A stretch of 64,000 bases of DNA from an uncultured delta proteobacterium (GTDB taxonomy: Bacteria > Desulfobacterota > RBG-13-43-22). Under the pieces are notes generated by a model. It was not told the DNA's origin. It saw nothing but the letters and a program-made list of their open reading frames with translations, and did not search any database. Where the stretch lies: contig CAVUPH010000014.1 of assembly GCA_963743305.1 (NCBI GenBank), positions 320,001 to 384,000 of the forward strand, written 5' to 3'. Positions within the stretch are counted from its first letter, which is position 1. Every line of letters begins with the position of its first letter. The position numbers and the translations under genes were made by a program. Shown piece after piece: positions 17,538-29,072 of this stretch.

Positions 17538-18605
17538 ATGTCGGAGATCGATTCTCACACAAAAATAGTAACCAGCAAAGGGCCGCTGAAACGCTTCCCC
17601 GCCGTAACCTGGGCAGCGTTACTTTTCCTGCTCTTGATCGGGTCTTCCTGGGCGGGCTGGCTGGACTCCTACACCCAACTGGTGATCCTCTTCATCGGCA
17701 TCAACATCATCATGTCCGCCAGCCTGAACCTGATCAACGGCTACATGGGGGAATTTTCCTGCGGCCATGCCGGCTTCATGGCCGTGGGCGCCTATGTCAC
17801 CTCTCTTCTGACGGTCTGGTTCTTCACCTCCGGTTCGGTGTTCGGCCCGGCCCTGCTGAACTCCCATTGGGCGATCCTCCTCTTTCCCTTGCTGCTCCTG
17901 ATCGGCGGTTTGGCCGCCGCCCTGGCCGGGTTGATGATCGCCGTTCCTTCCTTTCGGACCCGGGGCGATTATCTGGCCATCATCACTTTGGCCGCCAACT
18001 ATATTATCAAAAGCGCTATCGAAAACATCCAGGTCATCGGCGGGGCCCGGGGCTTCATGGGCATGTCCCGGGTGGTCAACGGGATGGAGGCCGTCTGGGA
18101 AATCCCCTGGATGCTGATTTGGACCGGGATCTTTGTGACCCTGACCGTGGTGGTGATTCAGCGTTTCATCCGCTCCACTTACGGCCAGGGGGTGATCGCC
18201 ATCCGGGAGGATGAAATCGCCGCGGAAATCATGGGAATTGACATCCGCAAGATGAAGATGATCGCCTTTATGCTCTCTTCGGGACTGGCCGGCGTGGCCG
18301 GCGGACTCCTGGCCCACGTTTTGGGCTACATCAACCCCGGCAGCTTTACCATCATGAAATCCACCGAGGCCATGGTCATGGTTTACCTGGGCGGCATGGG
18401 CTCCCTGAGCGGTTCGGTCCTGAGCGCCGTACTTTTCACCCTGCTCCTCGAGGTGCTGAGACCCCTGGAACTCTTCAAATGGGTCATCGTCCCTTTGCTG
18501 CTCTTTTTCCTGATGCTCTTCCGGCCTGAAGGCTTGTTGGGGCATCGGGAATTGACGGATGTTTTCCCGGGACTGAAACGCTTTTATCGCTCGGAGGGGA
18601 AATAG
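17538..18605 (+). CDS. livM: BCAA ABC transporter permease
   Basis: LNLINGYMGEFSCGHAGF, RGDYLAIITL, AIREDEIAA. Confidence 0.9.
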   Translation: MSEIDSHTKIVTSKGPLKRFPAVTWAALLFLLLIGSSWAGWLDSYTQLVILFIGINIIMSASLNLINGYMGEFSCGHAGFMAVGAYVTSLLTVWFFTSGSVFGPALLNSHWAILLFPLLLLIGGLAAALAGLMIAVPSFRTRGDYLAIITLAANYIIKSAIENIQVIGGARGFMGMSRVVNGMEAVWEIPWMLIWTGIFVTLTVVVIQRFIRSTYGQGVIAIREDEIAAEIMGIDIRKMKMIAFMLSSGLAGVAGGLLAHVLGYINPGSFTIMKSTEAMVMVYLGGMGSLSGSVLSAVLFTLLLEVLRPLELFKWVIVPLLLFFLMLFRPEGLLGHRELTDVFPGLKRFYRSEGK

Positions 18606-18607
18606 CC

Positions 18608-19378
18608 ATGGCGCTCTTTGAGGTGAAGGGGTTGACCCATTCCTTCGGAGGACTGCGGGCGGTCAATAATTTCAACCTGAACCTGGAAGGCGGGGAAATG
18701 GTGGGCCTTATCGGACCCAATGGGGCTGGGAAGACCACGGTCTTCAACTTGGTTTGCGGCGTCTATCAGCCCTCCGGCGGAACGATCCGCTTAAACGGCA
18801 AAACGCTGAACGGTCTCCACCCGCACCGGATCACTGCCACCGGGATGGCCCGCACCTTTCAAAACATCCGCCTCTGGCCCGCCATGACCGTTCTGGACAA
18901 TGTCCGCCTGGGCAACCATTTTCGCCTGGGCTACGGGCTCTGGGATATCCTGCTGCAGACGGTCCGCTATCGGTCGGGGGAAGCGGAAAGCACCCACTCC
19001 GCCCGGGAATTGTTGGCCCTGCTGGGTCTGGGAGACTGTAGCGGGGAGATGACCAAGAACCTGCCCTACGGGCTGCAGCGCAAAGTTGAAATCGCCCGGG
19101 CCCTCATGACCCGGCCGAAAGTGCTTTTGCTGGATGAGCCGGCGGCCGGGATGAACCTGCAGGAAAAAAGCGCCCTGGTCGATTTGATTCGCTGGCTTCG
19201 AAAGGAATTCAAGTTGACCGTCTGGCTGATCGAGCACGAAATGAAGGTGGTCATGAATCTCTGCGAAGTCATCCAGGTCCTGGATTTCGGCGAAACCATA
19301 GCCTCCGGCCCGCCGGAAGAAATCCAGCGGGACCCCCGGGTCATTGAAGCCTATCTGGGAAAAGAAGAGGCGGCGTAA
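18608..19378 (+). CDS. livG: BCAA ABC transporter ATPase
   Basis: GPNGAGKTT, ARTFQNIRL, LLLDEPAAG, VIEAYLG. Confidence 0.92.
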   Translation: MALFEVKGLTHSFGGLRAVNNFNLNLEGGEMVGLIGPNGAGKTTVFNLVCGVYQPSGGTIRLNGKTLNGLHPHRITATGMARTFQNIRLWPAMTVLDNVRLGNHFRLGYGLWDILLQTVRYRSGEAESTHSARELLALLGLGDCSGEMTKNLPYGLQRKVEIARALMTRPKVLLLDEPAAGMNLQEKSALVDLIRWLRKEFKLTVWLIEHEMKVVMNLCEVIQVLDFGETIASGPPEEIQRDPRVIEAYLGKEEAA

Positions 19379-19407
19379 GCCTCCCCGGTTTACTAAAAGT
19401 CAAGCTT

Positions 19408-19550
19408 GATGTGTTCGCAAAAAGTTGAAAAACTCATCATTGCGAGCGTAGCGAAGCAATCCCCACCTTGGCAAGTAGCTGAATATTGGGGATTGCTTCG
19501 TCGCTTCGCTCCTCGCAATGACAGCTTTGGGGACTTTTTGCTAGGTCCTC
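19408..19550 (-). mobile_element. MITE-like element, cargo type A (inverted copy)
   Basis: Reverse complement aligns with 12025-12168; flanking direct repeat AAGCTT. Confidence 0.85.
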
Positions 19551-19620
19551 AAGCTTGCCGTATTCGATATTCGGCCTTCGATGTTCATTTTTCTATTATT
19601 GAATTTAACTCGAGTCCTTA

Positions 19621-20349
19621 ATGTTGTTGGAAATTGAAAACCTGAAAGTGGCTTATGGACCCATCGAGGCCCTGCAGGGGATTTCGTTGCAGGTGGCGGA
19701 GGGGGAGATCGTTACACTGATTGGCGCCAACGGAGCCGGCAAGTCCACTACCCTGATGAGCATCATGCGACTGCCCCCACCCGAGGCCCCGACGGTTCTC
19801 TCCGGCCGACTTCAGTTTAACGGAGAAGACCTGCTCCTGTTTTCGCCCCATCAGGTGGTCAGCCGCCTGGGCTTGGCCCTGGTACCCGAGGGTCGCCGGA
19901 TCTTCGGCAACCTGACGGTCTGGGAAAACCTGAAAATAGCCGCTTTCGGGATCAAAGAGTCGCGAAAAATTCAGCAGAAGGCCCAGCGGGCTTTCGAGCT
20001 ATTTCCCCGCCTGGAGGAACGCCAGAACCAGATGGCCGACACCCTGAGCGGCGGGGAACAGCAGATGTTGGCCGTGGCCCGGGCCTTGATGACCGGGGGC
20101 AAAATGCTGCTTCTGGATGAACCCTCCATGGGGCTGGCTCCTCTTCTCATGTACGACCTCTTCCAGGTCCTCAAGGAGATCAACCGCCAGGGGACCACCA
20201 TTCTTCTGGTGGAACAGAACGCCCGCATCGCCCTCAAATACTCCCACCGGGGCTATGTCCTGGAGGCGGGGCGGATCGTCCTTTCCGGCCCGGCTCCGGA
20301 ACTGGCTAAAAACGAAGAGGTAAAAAAGGCCTATCTGGGGGAAGCATAA
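19621..20349 (+). CDS. livF: BCAA ABC transporter ATPase
   Basis: GANGAGKST, VPEGRRIF, LSGGEQQM, LDEPSMGL. Confidence 0.92.
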   Translation: MLLEIENLKVAYGPIEALQGISLQVAEGEIVTLIGANGAGKSTTLMSIMRLPPPEAPTVLSGRLQFNGEDLLLFSPHQVVSRLGLALVPEGRRIFGNLTVWENLKIAAFGIKESRKIQQKAQRAFELFPRLEERQNQMADTLSGGEQQMLAVARALMTGGKMLLLDEPSMGLAPLLMYDLFQVLKEINRQGTTILLVEQNARIALKYSHRGYVLEAGRIVLSGPAPELAKNEEVKKAYLGEA

Positions 20350-20362
20350 AGGTCATCAATTT

Positions 20363-20517
20363 GATGGACTCGCCAGAAGTCCGTCAACAGACCGAAGGCG
20401 AATGAGCCTCGGTCTGGGGTAGGGGTGGCACCATTTGAATTCACTTCAAATGGCGGGGGAGGGAGAGCCCTCCCCCGCCGAGCAGAAAGTCGTTTTTGGA
20501 CTTTTTGCGAGGTCATC
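20363..20517 (+). mobile_element. MITE-like element, cargo type B (three hairpins)
   Basis: Same TIR family as type A; the right TIR GAGGT lies 9 nt before the queE ATG. Confidence 0.8.
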
Positions 20518-20521
20518 ATAA

Positions 20522-21169
20522 ATGTCCCTTAAGATCAACGAAATCTTCTACAGCCTGCAGGGAGAATCTTCTTATGCCGGCCGCCCTTGCGTCTTCATCC
20601 GCTTAACCGGCTGCAACCTGCGTTGTTCCTACTGCGACACCCGGTATGCCTATGAAGAAGGAACGAAGATGGAATTTGATATGATTCTGGATCAAGTCTC
20701 CTCTTACCGCTGCCCGCTGGTCGAAATAACGGGAGGGGAACCTTTAATCCAGGCGGAGACGCCGGCACTCATCCTGCGGCTGCTGGAAAAAAGCTTTAAG
20801 GTCCTTCTGGAAACCAATGGGAGTCAAAACATTCAAGGGGTGGACGATCGGTGCGTTAAAGTAGTGGATGTGAAGTGCCCCTCCAGCGGGATGGAAGCCC
20901 AAAACGATTTGGAAAATCTTAGGAGGCTTTGTTCAACCGATGAACTTAAGTTTGTCATCGGGAACCGGATTGATTTCGAGTATGCCCGGGGAATTTTGGA
21001 TGATTACCAGCAATACTTTCCGGATAAAATCCCGGTCCACTTTTCACCGGTGTTTGGGATGTTGGAGCCAGAACTTCTGGCCCGATGGATATTAGAAGAA
21101 CACCTGGAGGTCCGCTTGCAGTTGCCGTTGCACAAAATCCTCTGGGATCCGAATCAAAGGGGCAGATGA
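20522..21169 (+). CDS. queE: 7-carboxy-7-deazaguanine synthase (radical SAM)
   Basis: EIFYSLQGE, CNLRCSYCDT, TGGEP, LETNG, LQLPLHK. Confidence 0.92.
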   Translation: MSLKINEIFYSLQGESSYAGRPCVFIRLTGCNLRCSYCDTRYAYEEGTKMEFDMILDQVSSYRCPLVEITGGEPLIQAETPALILRLLEKSFKVLLETNGSQNIQGVDDRCVKVVDVKCPSSGMEAQNDLENLRRLCSTDELKFVIGNRIDFEYARGILDDYQQYFPDKIPVHFSPVFGMLEPELLARWILEEHLEVRLQLPLHKILWDPNQRGR

Positions 21170-21323
21170 CGTACTCGCAAAAAGTCCGTCATCTGCCCGC
21201 GCGCGATTAAGCGCCGGGCTGGGGTAGGGGTGGAACCATTTGAATTCACTTCAAATGGCTGGGGGAGGGAAAGCCCTCCCCCGCCGAGCAGAAAGTCGTT
21301 TTTTGACTTTTTGCGAGGTTATC
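21168..21323 (+). mobile_element. MITE-like element, cargo type B
   Basis: Close copy of 20363-20517; flanking direct repeat AGAT. Confidence 0.85.
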
Positions 21324-21325
21324 AG

Positions 21326-22018
21326 ATGAACAACGAGAAAAAAGCGGTCGTCCTTTCCAGCGGGGGCCTGGATTCCACCACGGTCATGGCCCTGGCCCGC
21401 TCGGAAGGATTTACCCTTTACAGCCTCAGCTTCCGCTACGGCCAACGACATGCCCGGGAGTTGGAGGCTGCCCAACGGGTGGCTCGGGCACTGGGGGCCA
21501 AAGAGCATCTGGTGATCGATATCGATTTGGGGAAAATCGGGGGATCCGCTCTGACAGAAAATATGGATGTCCCCAAGGGCCGGAAAGAATCGGCGATGAC
21601 TCAGGAAATCCCGGTGACCTACGTTCCGGCCCGCAATACCATTTTTCTCTCCCTGGCCCTGGGCTGGGCCGAAGTGCTGGGGGCGGCGGATATCTTTATC
21701 GGGGTGAACGCCCTCGATTACAGCGGATATCCGGACTGTCGTCCCGAATATATCGCGGCCTTCGAACGACTGGCCAATCTGGCCACCAAGGCCGGGGTGG
21801 AAGGAAAAATAAAATTCCGGATCCAGACGCCTTTAATCCGGCTCACCAAGGCGGAAATTATTCGAAAAGGGTTGGCCCTGGGAGTGGACTATGGCCTGAC
21901 GCACAGTTGCTACGACCCGGCACCCGACGGCCGGGCCTGCGGTCAGTGCGACAGTTGCCTTCTCCGGAAAAAGGGCTTCCGCGAGGTCGGCCTGCCTGAT
22001 CCTGTTTCTTATCTATAA
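21326..22018 (+). CDS. queC: 7-cyano-7-deazaguanine synthase
   Basis: [35 protein letters not shown]. Confidence 0.95.
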   Translation: MNNEKKAVVLSSGGLDSTTVMALARSEGFTLYSLSFRYGQRHARELEAAQRVARALGAKEHLVIDIDLGKIGGSALTENMDVPKGRKESAMTQEIPVTYVPARNTIFLSLALGWAEVLGAADIFIGVNALDYSGYPDCRPEYIAAFERLANLATKAGVEGKIKFRIQTPLIRLTKAEIIRKGLALGVDYGLTHSCYDPAPDGRACGQCDSCLLRKKGFREVGLPDPVSYL

Positions 22019-22131
22019 AAAGTATTCGACCGGCGGTTCAAATAGACATTTTATATTGGGGGGTTCTTTGGAGGAAAAAATCCTGATTGGCGGAGCGGGA
22101 TCCTGGCCGGCCAGATCAAAAGGAAGGTGCT

Positions 22132-22425
22132 GTGCTGGAAACTAAACGGCTTTTTGACCCGGGCGACGGCGTGCGGAATTTCCAGGGGCAGTGTGGTCTG
22201 GTGCTTTCTCCCACGGAGTACAAGAACGTTAAATCCCGGTACCCGGAAGGGAGGCGGCCGGGTTCATTTTTCGCGCCCGGCTGTTGCCCTTCGCTTGATT
22301 ACCTTACCCAGGTGCCGGTATTGTTTGAAGATGGAACCTATGATGTCATGAAGGCCATGAACCTTCGGAAGGACCAGGACTTATCCGGAGAGAAAAAGAA
22401 GCAGTTGCAAAAAATGCTGGCTTAG
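22132..22425 (+). CDS. Hypothetical protein
   Basis: GTG after AAGGAAGG; FFAPGCC...TQVPVLFEDGTYDVM. Confidence 0.6.
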   Translation: MLETKRLFDPGDGVRNFQGQCGLVLSPTEYKNVKSRYPEGRRPGSFFAPGCCPSLDYLTQVPVLFEDGTYDVMKAMNLRKDQDLSGEKKKQLQKMLA

Positions 22426-22447
22426 TGTCTCCGGTTTCCGCCAGGCC

Positions 22448-22924
22448 CTATTTCGGGCCGTGAAAGGGACTGGCGGAGGGCGCGGTTCTCGGATCAGAGG
22501 TGAATTTTCTGACCCGGATCAAATCCCCCTTCGCCTGGAGCTGGCCACTGGGCAGGTACCAAAAAAATTCCAGTCTATCCGGCTGCATCTGAATCAGGCG
22601 GATGCTCCCCTGGTCGATACACTCCTTTCCATACCTTATGTTTTCCCGAAACCGGGCCCCCGTTTCCGATTGTTCGAGCAGGAGTAGATCTCCCCCGCAC
22701 TTTAAGGAAGGATAGCTTATGGCGCAGGCCCCGGAGGGTTCGACCCGAAGCTCAATGGTCCAACTTTCACCGCTGTATTGGGATCCGTTCCCTTTCCACT
22801 CCCCGACAATTTTTTGCGTTAATTCGGCCTGAACGCCCGGAGCAGTGATCAGCAGAATTCCAAAAAGGCCCAAGATCCATCCGATTCTCCCAGAAGTCAT
22901 TTGAATGGACCGTATTCGGTCCAT
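22448..22924 (-). CDS. Hypothetical secreted protein
   Basis: Signal peptide ending VQA; YPSLKCGG...CIDQG; start could be 22900. Confidence 0.6.
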   Translation of the reverse strand: MDRIRSIQMTSGRIGWILGLFGILLITAPGVQAELTQKIVGEWKGNGSQYSGESWTIELRVEPSGACAISYPSLKCGGDLLLLEQSETGARFRENIRYGKECIDQGSIRLIQMQPDRLEFFWYLPSGQLQAKGDLIRVRKFTSDPRTAPSASPFHGPK

Positions 22925-22925
22925 T

Positions 22926-23303
22926 CTATATTTTCCCGCTGCCGATCAACGGAAGTTCCTGCACGACCTGGAAATAAACCAAAAATTTTGGCTCCAGATC
23001 ATCATCGGCGTACTGGCGGCGCTTAAGCGCCTTGATCTTCTCCGGGTCCTGTTCTTCCCGCACCTTGGCCATATAAAGACGTTTTCCCTGGTAACCGGAA
23101 GCGTTTTCAATGAAAAGATAAGTGGCCTGGGGGTTGGATTGAAGATTGCGATGGGTCAATCGGTCCCGCATGATGAAGGCCAGGGTGCCGTCTTCCATGA
23201 CGTGGGGCCGGGAATATACCGCGGCGTCCACTTTGCCTTGGGCATCGGCCGTGGTCAGAATGCCGGTCCCCCGGGTGTTCTCAAAATACGCTTTCCGTTC
23301 CAT
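22926..23303 (-). CDS. Pyridoxamine 5'-phosphate oxidase-like FMN-binding protein
   Basis: GILTTADAQGKVDAAVYSRPH, THRNLQSNP, GYQGKRLY. Confidence 0.8.
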   Translation of the reverse strand: MERKAYFENTRGTGILTTADAQGKVDAAVYSRPHVMEDGTLAFIMRDRLTHRNLQSNPQATYLFIENASGYQGKRLYMAKVREEQDPEKIKALKRRQYADDDLEPKFLVYFQVVQELPLIGSGKI

Positions 23304-23498
23304 AATGATCCTCCTGGTCAACTCACATCAAGATCGAAGATGAGCTATTAACTTAATCATTGTCCCCCTCAACCGCAAGTGCTCCTAATTTATCCCTTGG
23401 TCCTTGCCAGACCGACCACTTTTCAGTATAGTTCAGGATTCGGAAACCAGACCGCGGGAAACCCGACTTTTCCATTCTACCTAAAGGAAAATACCATC

Positions 23499-24005
23499 AT
23501 GGAAGGGAAAAAAATTAAAGACAGCCTGGTCACCCTGGCCCAAGTGATGATCCCCGAGGACGCCAACCCGGCCGGTAATGTGCACGGAGGGGTGATTATG
23601 AAGTTGATTGATACCACGGCCGGCGTGGTGGCCGTCCGCCATGCCCGCTGCAATGTGGTGACCGCGTCCATCGACCGGCTTGATTTTCACAATCCGGTTT
23701 TTGTCGGCAACCTGGTCTTCTTCAAGGGCAGCCTGAACATGGTGGGTAAAACCTCCATGGAAGTCGGGGTGCGGGTGGAGGCCGAGAATGTCCTGACCGG
23801 TGAGGTACGCCATACCGCTTCCGCCTACCTGACCTTCGTGGCCTTGGATACCCGGGGCAAGCCCCACCCGGTCCCTCCTCTTCTTTTTGAAACCGAGGAA
23901 GAGGTCCGTCGCAACCGGGAAGCCCAGGTGCGCCGGGAGATCCGCCTGGCGGAAAAAAAGCGCGAAGCCGCCTGCCAGCAGGATGGTCAAAGTTGCCCTC
24001 TTTAG
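23499..24005 (+). CDS. Hotdog-fold acyl-CoA thioesterase
   Basis: PEDANPAGNVHGG, VVTAS, GKTSMEVGV, TFVALD. Confidence 0.9.
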   Translation: MEGKKIKDSLVTLAQVMIPEDANPAGNVHGGVIMKLIDTTAGVVAVRHARCNVVTASIDRLDFHNPVFVGNLVFFKGSLNMVGKTSMEVGVRVEAENVLTGEVRHTASAYLTFVALDTRGKPHPVPPLLFETEEEVRRNREAQVRREIRLAEKKREAACQQDGQSCPL

Positions 24006-24064
24006 CTCCCCCAAAATCTTTTGAAGAACGGCGTCACTTCTGATTTAGGCCGTCCTTTTAAAGC

Positions 24065-24095
24065 AAAAAAAGGCAGGTCCGGAGACCTGCCTTTT
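24065..24095. terminator. Bidirectional intrinsic terminator
   Basis: A-run, GGCAGGTC-CGGA-GACCTGCC, T-run, between convergent genes. Confidence 0.85.
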
Positions 24096-24126
24096 CAATT
24101 CAAACGGGGCTAGGAGCAAAGTTAGA

Positions 24127-24537
24127 TTAATGACCTCGTTCCGCCACCTTGAGGCGCAGCAGGGCGCGGCGCAGGGCCGCCTCCGCCCGGAGATGATCGA
24201 TGGCTTCAGACTTGGCCAGGGCCAAACGTTTTTCGGCCCGCTCTTTGGCCCGCTTGGCCCGATCCAGATCGATCTCCCGGGCCCTTTCGGCCGCTTCGGC
24301 CAGGACAGTCACCTTGTTCTGAGAGACTTCGACAAAGCCTCCGGTGACCACCATATAGTCCAGTTGGTTGTCCTTCCGGTAGCGAAGCTCGCCCGGCAAC
24401 AAGGGCGTCAGAAAAGGGACATGGTTGGGCAGGATGCCGAACTCACCCAAACTACCTATGGCCATGACAATATCCACCGTCTCGCTGAGTACCAGGCGAT
24501 CGGGGGTCACAACCTCTAATTGGAGTTTTTCAGCCAT
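24127..24537 (-). CDS. atpC: ATP synthase epsilon subunit
   Basis: [22 protein letters not shown]. Confidence 0.95.
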   Translation of the reverse strand: MAEKLQLEVVTPDRLVLSETVDIVMAIGSLGEFGILPNHVPFLTPLLPGELRYRKDNQLDYMVVTGGFVEVSQNKVTVLAEAAERAREIDLDRAKRAKERAEKRLALAKSEAIDHLRAEAALRRALLRLKVAERGH

Positions 24538-24561
24538 AATTGCTATCCGCCTCTTTTGTTG

Positions 24562-26010
<1,449 letters not shown>

Positions 26011-26036
26011 TTAAGAGTATACCGATTCGGTTATTA

Positions 26037-26903
26037 TTACTTGAGGGCCTCGGCGCCGCCCACGATGTCCATCAATTCCTTGGTAATGGCGCTCTGCCGG
26101 GCCTTGTTATACACTAAGGTCAGGCTGTTGATCAGATCCTTGCAGTTCCGGCTGGCATTATCCATGGCCGCCATTCGGGCCGCCTGCTCGCTGGCGGAAT
26201 TTTCCAGCATCCCCCGGTAGATCTGGACGTTCACATAACGGGGAAGCAATTCCTGAAAAATGGCCTCGGGGGACGGCTCAAAAAGATAATCCGGGCCGCC
26301 GGTCTGGGTCCCTTCAGCCGCCGGGGGAGTAATGGGCAACAGTTTCTGAAGCTTGGGCCGCTGGATCGCCAGACTGATGAATTCACCGTACAACAAGTAG
26401 ACCTCGTCGGCCTGGCCCAGCAAAAAGTTTTCCATGGCCCCCTGGCCGATGGTGGCGGCTACGGTCATATCGAAAGAACTGAACAGATCCGTATAGGCAT
26501 TGCGGACGCTGGCTTTTCGACGGCGGAAATAATCGGATCCTTTCTTGCCGACCGTAACCAAGGAGACCTCTATCTGTTCCCGGACTTTGGCTTTCCAGAA
26601 TTTTTCCGCCTGGTTGATCAGATTGACGTTGAAGCTGCCGCAGAGACCGCGGTCCGCGGTCAGACTGATCAGTTCAACTTTCTTAACCGGGCGCTGGGCC
26701 ATCAGCGGGAAGGACTCCGGATCGATCCGCGAAGACAGGTTATTGATCACTTCCAGGAACTTGGAGGCGTAGGGGCGGAAATTCTCCATACGCATCTGGG
26801 CGCCGCGCAGTTTGGACGCGGCGACCATGTTCATGGCCTTGGTGATCTGCTGGGTCTTTTTGACGGCCCCAATTTTGCTTCTTATATCACGAAGGGTAGC
26901 CAT
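26037..26903 (-). CDS. atpG: ATP synthase gamma subunit
   Basis: QITKAMNMVAASK, DRGLCGSFN, RQSAITKEL. Confidence 0.97.
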   Translation of the reverse strand: MATLRDIRSKIGAVKKTQQITKAMNMVAASKLRGAQMRMENFRPYASKFLEVINNLSSRIDPESFPLMAQRPVKKVELISLTADRGLCGSFNVNLINQAEKFWKAKVREQIEVSLVTVGKKGSDYFRRRKASVRNAYTDLFSSFDMTVAATIGQGAMENFLLGQADEVYLLYGEFISLAIQRPKLQKLLPITPPAAEGTQTGGPDYLFEPSPEAIFQELLPRYVNVQIYRGMLENSASEQAARMAAMDNASRNCKDLINSLTLVYNKARQSAITKELMDIVGGAEALK

Positions 26904-27001
26904 AGTGGCCTCTCTTTTGTTAGCTATTAGCGGTTAGCCGTGGGCGATCAGCTTTTGTGATCGCCATCCGGGCTGCCGGCCGACACCTGAACGCGGACGG
27001 C

Positions 27002-28519
27002 CTATTTCAATTGGGCCTGAAACTGAGTTTTGACCTCACCCAGGGCCTTTTTCATTTTTTCTTCCAGGTCGGGACTGATCTCCTTCTTTTCCTTGATCTC
27101 GGAAAAAATTTCCGGATACTTGCCCTCGATGAAAGACAGCAATTGGGGTTCGAAATCCTTCAGCACGTCAACGGCCAGGTCATCAAAGAAACCCCGGGTC
27201 CCGGCAAAAAGGACCGTGATCATTTTTTCCATGGGAATGGGCTGATACTGGGGTTGTTTGAGGATTTCGACCAGGCGGGCCCCGCGGTTAAGCTGGGCCT
27301 GAGTGGACTTGTCCAACTCACTGCCGAACTGAGCAAAGGCGGCCAGTTCCCGGTACTGGGCCAGATCCAGCCGCAAACTGCCGGCTACCTGTTTCATGGC
27401 CTTAACCTGCGCGCTGCCGCCCACACGGGAGACGGAGAGACCCACGTTGATGGCCGGACGAACCCCGGAGAAAAACAGACTGGGTTCCAGGTAGACCTGA
27501 CCGTCGGTAATGGAAATCACGTTGGTGGGGATATAGGCCGAGACGTCGCCGGCCTGGGTTTCAATAATCGGTAGGGCCGTTAAACTCCCGCCGCCTAAAT
27601 CCTCGCGCATCTTGGCGGCCCGTTCGAGTAGACGGGAATGGTTGTAAAAGATATCGCCGGGGAAAGCTTCGCGCCCGGGCGGCCGGCGGAGCAACAGAGA
27701 CATCTGCCGGTAGGCCACGGCCTGCTTGGAAAGATCGTCGTAAATAACCAGCGCATGACGGCCGCCGTCCCGGAAGTATTCTCCCATGGTGCAGCCGGCA
27801 AAAGCGGCGATATACTGCATGGGGGCCGGGTCGCTGGCGCAGGCCGCCACTACCACGGTCTTATCCAACACACCGTGACGGCGCAACGCTTCCACTACCT
27901 GGGCCACAGTGGATTTCTTCTGCCCGATGGCCACGTATATACAAAATATGTCCGAATCCTTCTGGTTGATGATGGCATCCACGCAGAGCGCCGTTTTCCC
28001 GATCTGGCGGTCGCCAATGATCAGCTCCCGCTGCCCTCGGCCGATAGGGGTCATGGCGTCAATGGCCTTGTAGCCCGTGTACATAGGTTCCTTCACCGGC
28101 TGCCGTTCAATAACCCCGGGGGCCTTTAATTCGATTTTTCGAAATTCCTTGGCATTGATCGGGCCTTTCCCGTCGATCGGTTCCCCCACGGCATCAATAA
28201 CCCGTCCCAGGACGGCCTCACCGACCGGGACTTCCGCGATACGACCGGTTCGCTTGACCGTATCGCCTTCTTTGATGTGGAAATCCTCGCCCAGAACGGC
28301 ACAGCCCACATTGTCTTCCTCGAGGTTAAGGGCCACCCCGTAGATACCTCCTGGAAACTCGAGCAATTCCATGGCCATGGTCTTTTCCACGCCATAGACC
28401 CGGGCGATACCATCCCCTACGGAGAGGACGGTCCCCGTTTCGCTCAGTTCGACCTTCTTGTCGAAATCCTTGATCTGTTGCCTAATAACCTGACTGATTT
28501 CTTCGGCTCTGATATCCAT
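27002..28519 (-). CDS. atpA: ATP synthase alpha subunit
   Basis: [29 protein letters not shown]. Confidence 0.98.
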   Translation of the reverse strand: MDIRAEEISQVIRQQIKDFDKKVELSETGTVLSVGDGIARVYGVEKTMAMELLEFPGGIYGVALNLEEDNVGCAVLGEDFHIKEGDTVKRTGRIAEVPVGEAVLGRVIDAVGEPIDGKGPINAKEFRKIELKAPGVIERQPVKEPMYTGYKAIDAMTPIGRGQRELIIGDRQIGKTALCVDAIINQKDSDIFCIYVAIGQKKSTVAQVVEALRRHGVLDKTVVVAACASDPAPMQYIAAFAGCTMGEYFRDGGRHALVIYDDLSKQAVAYRQMSLLLRRPPGREAFPGDIFYNHSRLLERAAKMREDLGGGSLTALPIIETQAGDVSAYIPTNVISITDGQVYLEPSLFFSGVRPAINVGLSVSRVGGSAQVKAMKQVAGSLRLDLAQYRELAAFAQFGSELDKSTQAQLNRGARLVEILKQPQYQPIPMEKMITVLFAGTRGFFDDLAVDVLKDFEPQLLSFIEGKYPEIFSEIKEKKEISPDLEEKMKKALGEVKTQFQAQLK

Positions 28520-28520
28520 A

Positions 28521-29072
28521 TTAGATCCCCTCACCCCTTCTTAAGGATTCTTTTAAGCTCTTGAGTTGTGTCTGCAGGCTACCGTCAAAAAGCAGGTCCC
28601 CCACCTGAGCAACGATACCCCCGATGATCCCCGGGTCCTGTTTGACGGTAACCAATACATCTTTTTTAACGATCTGTTTCAAGGCCTCCTGAATGCGGTT
28701 GATAATATCTTCGGAAAGCTTGGTGGCAGCGGTCACCACGGCCCGGGTGACATTGGATAATTCATCGGTGAGCTGCTGGTAGTACCGGCAGATCCCATCC
28801 AGGTATCCGAGGCGGCCTTTGCTCTGCAGTAGTTGCAGAAAGCTCTTGGTGGTTGGTGAAAAATCGGTTTTCTCCAAGATCATTTTGAGCAGTGTGGTCC
28901 GGCTGGTGGACTCATAGATAGGGCTGGCCAGGATTTCTTTTACCTGGCTTTCCTGTTGCAGTAAATTGCGAAAGGCCTCCAATTCCTGCCCATAACGGAG
29001 ATAATTTCCGTCTTCCTGGCCTAAAAAAAGGAGGGCCTTGGCGTAGCGTCTGGAAATAGTGAAGTCTCTCAA
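28521..29072 (-). CDS. atpH: ATP synthase delta subunit
   Basis: RRYAKAL, DPGIIGG...DGSL; operon position. Confidence 0.92.
   Translation of the reverse strand: MRDFTISRRYAKALLFLGQEDGNYLRYGQELEAFRNLLQQESQVKEILASPIYESTSRTTLLKMILEKTDFSPTTKSFLQLLQSKGRLGYLDGICRYYQQLTDELSNVTRAVVTAATKLSEDIINRIQEALKQIVKKDVLVTVKQDPGIIGGIVAQVGDLLFDGSLQTQLKSLKESLRRGEGI

Noticed and set aside
20363-21323. Known preQ1 riboswitch upstream of que genes
   Set aside because: No small stem-loop with an A-rich tail or other known preQ1 signature; the elements carry TIRs and target duplications
21230-21325. Extended queC N-terminus and small ORFs at 19406 and 20331
   Set aside because: All lie inside repeat elements
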